Source: Mycolicibacterium smegmatis (GTDB taxonomy: Bacteria > Actinomycetota > Actinomycetes > Mycobacteriales > Mycobacteriaceae). From it: a stretch of DNA of 32,000 bases. This document shows, piece after piece, positions 28,593-32,000 of the stretch (the stretch's first letter is position 1; every line of letters begins with the position of its first letter). Both the position numbers and the translations under genes were made by a program. The notes under the pieces were generated by a model, which was not told the origin of the DNA, made no database searches, and worked only from the letters and a program-made list of their open reading frames with translations. The stretch is taken from positions 2,130,001 to 2,162,000 of the forward strand of contig NZ_LN831039.1 in the NCBI RefSeq assembly GCF_001457595.1, given 5' to 3'.

Positions 28593-29406
28593 CGGCGTTC
28601 CTTCCCGCCGCGCGGTCCAGCAGCTGATCCGCCGATGCAATGGTTTCCAGCGTCTTCTCACGGGTGAGGTTGACGGCCACGTCCAGAGCCCGGTGGCGGT
28701 GCTCCTCGGAGATGATCTCGACGCCCCAGTGCCCCCTCCAACCTGCGCGATGCATCTCGGCGACAAACTGTGCGACGTCGATGGAACCCAGGCCGGGAAT
28801 GCGACGACGGTCGACCGCGTCCTCCCACAGCGGGCCGACGACTTCGGCGTCGGCATCGGTGAGTTCGACGACGAAGACGTGTTCAACCGGCACGATCTCC
28901 GCGAGCTTGCGGTAGTCGGTGCCGCTGCGGTGGACATGCCATGTGTCGATACACAGGCCCCCGTGCGGATTGCCGACGTCTTTGATGAACGCGACGCCGT
29001 CGATGATGCTGGGCAGGTTGGACATCGGCATGGGTTCGATCGCAACCCGCAGGCCGTGGCTTCCCGCCCGAGTGGCCAATTCGTCGAATGCAGACGCGAA
29101 GCGCTCACGGTCGACGGATGTTTCGCCGAAGGCCTGCAGGCACGCTGCGGCCTTCAGCGTCGTGGCGCCTAGCACGGCGGCCGCTTCGAAAAGGTCGTCC
29201 CGCATGGCGTCGGACTCGCGGCGCTGTTCACCGGTGGTCCACCAGTTGGTGATGAACTCCAGCTCGACGTGTTTGATGCCGTGGTCGTCGAGCATGCTGC
29301 GTAGCGTCGGAAGACCTGTTGTCGAGGCGTTCTCGGCGAGGTCGGCGTACACGATGCCGACTCCCTCCCAACCGGCTGACGCAACCGCGTCGAGTCGCTC
29401 GGCCAT
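28573..29406 (-). CDS. Sugar phosphate isomerase/epimerase-type TIM-barrel protein; N-terminus apparently interrupted (see findings)
   Basis: MAERLDAVASAGWEGVGIVYADLAENAST...EPMPMSNLPSIIDGVAFIKDVGNPHGGLCIDTWHVHRSG...VFVVELTDADAEV...LGSIDVAQFVAEMHRAGWRGHWGVEIISEEHR. In-frame coding-like sequence continues upstream to ATG 29499 except for TGA at 29455-29457. Confidence 0.85.
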   Translation of the reverse strand: MAERLDAVASAGWEGVGIVYADLAENASTTGLPTLRSMLDDHGIKHVELEFITNWWTTGEQRRESDAMRDDLFEAAAVLGATTLKAAACLQAFGETSVDRERFASAFDELATRAGSHGLRVAIEPMPMSNLPSIIDGVAFIKDVGNPHGGLCIDTWHVHRSGTDYRKLAEIVPVEHVFVVELTDADAEVVGPLWEDAVDRRRIPGLGSIDVAQFVAEMHRAGWRGHWGVEIISEEHRHRALDVAVNLTREKTLETIASADQLLDRAAGRNAGVPQHI

Positions 29407-29580
29407 GGGTATCGGACTGCGCTCGGTTCCCCGGGCCGGGGCCGCGTTGCCTGCTCACGTCCAGCAGGTGGCGAGTAGATCTCGGTTCTCGATGTTCATC
29501 GGTTTCCTAGGTGAGCGAAGCGGACAAGGTGGGTTTTCGGGCGCAGGCGACCGCCACACGTGGATGTGCGTGTACAGACC

Positions 29581-29645
29581 GCCCCGATTTCTGCATGAGG
29601 GTTGTGATCTGGCGAGAATCACGACCTTCACGCAGAAATCGGCGC
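29581..29645. repeat. Long compound palindrome / hairpin
   Basis: Arms 29581-29608 and 29618-29645 (28 nt each, 9-nt loop): 24 Watson-Crick pairs, 2 G-U pairs (in + RNA) and 2 mismatches, including perfect CCGATTTCTGC / GCAGAAATCGG. Located 13 bp past the VOC stop on the - strand. Confidence 0.75.
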
Positions 29646-29658
29646 AGAGAGAAGGGGG

Positions 29659-30582
29659 TCAGCCGCTGTGACCGTGGATCATGTGCTCGGCGAGGTCCTC
29701 CGGTTGCAGGAATGACGCCGGCGGAGGCGGGCCCCATTGATAGAGACCTCTTGCGCCCTCGAGTTCCTCAGGTGTCCACAGCGCATCATCGACGATGCAG
29801 TCCATGTCGCTGTGGTACTCGGCGAAGTTGTTGGCAGGATCCTTGAAGTACCAGAAGAAGTTCGACCCGGCGTAGTGACGCCCGAGTCCCCAGACGTGCC
29901 GTTCGGGGTGGTCCTCCAGCAGGGCCATCGCGCCGCGCCCGATGGCGTCGACATCGTCGACCTGCCAACTGCTGTGATGCAGGAACGGCACCGGCGCGCG
30001 CTGGAGGAGGACGTTGTGGTGATCGGTCGAACAGCGCAGGAACGCACCGTGGCCCTTCACCAGATCGCTCACCTTGAAGCCGAGTCCGGAGACGAAGAAC
30101 GCGTATGCGGTTTCGTAGTCGGGCGATCCGATCACGATGTGGCCGAGCCGACGGGGCCGGACGCGGTCGGTGATCATGATGCCCGCGGCCCGGGCGTCGA
30201 CGCGGTCGTTGCGCCCCGGCGCGTTCACCGGCGGTGCCACATAAGGGGTTTGGTCCAGACGGGGCGCGGTGATCAGTTCGATCTCGGCACCCGTTGTCGG
30301 TTCGACGGTGTGCAACCGACCAGGTTCTGGGAGCACGGCCGCGAACTCCGATCGCCTGAGTTCTCGTGCCGCGCGCTGCAGATCGTCGTCATCGTCGACG
30401 GCGAACCGGGCCGAGACCAGTCGGCGTCGCGCCGAGTGCACCAGTTCCAGTTGGACACCGCCTTCCGTGCTGGCGAAGCGGTGCCCGTCGTGGGGGATCA
30501 GCCCGAAATCCTCGTAGAAGGTGGCCGCAGTGGCCAGGTCGGGTACGCCCAGAACGATGGAATCGAGGCGGTGGAGAGCCAT
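29659..30582 (-). CDS. Two-domain VOC family protein, extradiol ring-cleavage dioxygenase-like
   Basis: ATG at 30582 (MALHRLDSIVLGVPDLATAATFYEDFGLIPH...) with second domain RPRRLGHIVIGSPDYETAYAFFVSGLGFKVSDLVKGHGAFLRCSTDHHNVLL...HHSSWQVDDVDAIGRG...NFFWYFKDPANNFAEYHSDMD. Confidence 0.82.
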   Translation of the reverse strand: MALHRLDSIVLGVPDLATAATFYEDFGLIPHDGHRFASTEGGVQLELVHSARRRLVSARFAVDDDDDLQRAARELRRSEFAAVLPEPGRLHTVEPTTGAEIELITAPRLDQTPYVAPPVNAPGRNDRVDARAAGIMITDRVRPRRLGHIVIGSPDYETAYAFFVSGLGFKVSDLVKGHGAFLRCSTDHHNVLLQRAPVPFLHHSSWQVDDVDAIGRGAMALLEDHPERHVWGLGRHYAGSNFFWYFKDPANNFAEYHSDMDCIVDDALWTPEELEGARGLYQWGPPPPASFLQPEDLAEHMIHGHSG

Positions 30583-30584
30583 TG

Positions 30585-31448
30585 TCAGCTCCGCGGTGCT
30601 ACGGATGCGCTGTCGGCGGTCACGAAGCGCTGGGTGAACTCCCCGACGCCGGTGATGTAGGTGCGCAGTTCGTCGCCAGGTGCCAGGAACCGCTTCGGGT
30701 TTCGGCCCATGCCGACACCCGACGGTGTGCCGGTGAAGATGACGTCGCCCGGATAGAGCTCGACGGTGTCCGACAGGTAGGCGATGAGGTTGGACACCGG
30801 GAAGATCAGCTGCGAGGTGCGGCTGTGCTGCACCGTCTCGCCGTTGATCTCGGCTCCCAGTTCCAGATCGTCGGGATCGGGCAGCTCGTCGACGGTCACC
30901 AGTTCGGGCCCGATGGGGGAGAACCCGGCGTGCGATTTGGCGAGGCTGAACTGCGGTGCGGGGCCCGCGAGTTGCAGGTCCCGCTCGGAGAGGTCCTGGC
31001 CCACCGAGACGCCTGCGACGAACTCCCAGGCGCGGTCCTCGGGGATGTTCCGGCCGCCGCGGCCCATGACGACCACCAGTTCGACCTCCCAGTCGACCGA
31101 ACCTGCCGGCAGCTGGACGGTTTCGACGGGCCCGGTGATCGACGAGACGAACTTGGTGAAGATCACCGGATGCTCGGGCTTGCTGAGCCCGGACTCGGTG
31201 GCGTGGTCGTCGTAGTTGAGACCGACGGCGAAGACCTGCCGCGGCAGCGGTGCCGGTGAACCGATGGTTCCGACGCGCGCGGACGGTGCGGGCAGTGCCG
31301 CGGTGCGCGCCCACTCCTGGAATGCGTCCCAGTGCTGGTAGAGGTCCTGCGGATCGGGGCCGAAGCGTTGTTCGGACGCTTTGGCCACATCGACCACGCC
31401 ATCGCCGGTGACGAGGTGGATTCGACCGTCGAGATTGATCAAGCGCAT
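30585..31448 (-). CDS. Fumarylacetoacetate hydrolase (FAH) family protein
   Basis: ATG at 31448 (MRLINLDGRIHLVTGDGVVDV...) with VFAVGLNYDDHATESG, PVIFTKF, VDWEVELVVVMGRGGRNIPEDRAWEFVAGVSVGQDLSERDLQ and PGDVIFTGTPSGVGMG. Confidence 0.92.
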   Translation of the reverse strand: MRLINLDGRIHLVTGDGVVDVAKASEQRFGPDPQDLYQHWDAFQEWARTAALPAPSARVGTIGSPAPLPRQVFAVGLNYDDHATESGLSKPEHPVIFTKFVSSITGPVETVQLPAGSVDWEVELVVVMGRGGRNIPEDRAWEFVAGVSVGQDLSERDLQLAGPAPQFSLAKSHAGFSPIGPELVTVDELPDPDDLELGAEINGETVQHSRTSQLIFPVSNLIAYLSDTVELYPGDVIFTGTPSGVGMGRNPKRFLAPGDELRTYITGVGEFTQRFVTADSASVAPRS

Positions 31449-31630
31449 GACATCAGTTCTTTCCTGAGCGTGTGGTGTCGGCACCCGGTGCGGGCGCCAG
31501 GCGCAGAAGCGCCCTGTTACGACAATCACTCCGATCCGGCGAAAAGTCAACATATTTTCGAAACTTCTCGAATCTTTCGTTTCGGGTACGATGGCCCTGT
31601 GATGATGCAGTCAGACGTCGGGGGTTTGCG

Positions 31631-32000
31631 ATGACCGCGGCCGCAGGTGACGTTGTCGAAGGTCTTGGCCCCACGGCGCGCGTCTATCAGGCGTTGCGGG
31701 CCGACATTCTCGCAGGACGTATTGCACCCGGGTCGCGGCTCGGCTTCGCCGCGCTGGTGGAGCGCTACGACTGCAGCATCGGCGCGATCAGAGAGGCGTT
31801 GCAACGGCTCGGTGAACAGGAACTCGTGATTGCCGAGCCGAAGCGGGGGTTCCGCGTCGTCGACATTTCACCCGACGACCTCAACGATCTGACCGAGGCG
31901 CGGTGTGAGATCGAAGTGCTCGCCCTGCGTTATGCGGTCAATCGCGGCAATCTCGAGTGGGAGTCGAAGGTGGTGGCGGCGCATCACCGGATGGAGCGCA
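31631..32000 (+). CDS. GntR-family transcriptional regulator, 3' end outside the window
   Basis: Frame open to the window end: MTAAAGDVVEGLGPTARVYQALRADILAGRIAPGSRLGFAALVERYDCSIGAIREALQRLGEQELVIAEPKRGFRVVDISPDDLNDLTEARCEIEVLALRYAV. GntR HTH plus start of an FCD domain; absent from the ORF track because it has no stop in the window. Confidence 0.88.
   Translation, partial: MTAAAGDVVEGLGPTARVYQALRADILAGRIAPGSRLGFAALVERYDCSIGAIREALQRLGEQELVIAEPKRGFRVVDISPDDLNDLTEARCEIEVLALRYAVNRGNLEWESKVVAAHHRMER

Overview
This is a high-GC actinobacterial window. Gene order and the protein sequences I can recognise suggest a rapidly growing Mycobacterium (M. smegmatis-like); that species call is inference, with no database search. 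It appears to hold several adjacent catabolic modules. (1) 1-6485: the 3' part of a mim/prm-type soluble diiron monooxygenase operon: reductase C-terminus, small hydroxylase subunit, coupling protein, amidohydrolase, DUF59/MIP18-like protein, Zn-alcohol dehydrogenase and a dedicated GroEL-like chaperonin. (2) 6511-10287: ABM-domain protein, FAD monooxygenase, Ddn-like F420 protein and acyl-CoA synthetase. (3) 10297-18218: MHS-type MFS transporter, fluoroacetate-dehalogenase-like hydrolase, LysR regulator, tartrate/malate-type decarboxylating dehydrogenase, cupin, and a three-gene DmmABC-like heme-dependent oxidative N-demethylase set. (4) 18293-22325: acyl-CoA dehydrogenase, CaiB/BaiF CoA transferase, FAS1-like/MaoC hydratase, a truncated CitE/HpcH lyase remnant and a GntR regulator, with similar candidate operators at both ends. 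(5) 22517-26135: LLM flavin enzyme, D-aminoacylase-type amidohydrolase and alpha/beta hydrolase. (6) 26206-26349: an unlisted 47-aa minus-strand small ORF. (7) 26593-31448: SnoaL-like, sugar-porter MFS, TIM-barrel isomerase, VOC dioxygenase and FAH-family genes, with a divergent GntR gene running off the end. The most notable observations are an in-frame TGA that appears to interrupt the conserved N-terminus of the TIM-barrel isomerase, the 43-codon lyase remnant, the paired GntR operator candidates, the orphan N-demethylase module, and a 28-nt-arm compound palindrome. I found no CRISPR array, rRNA/tRNA, or recognisable IS element or phage gene.
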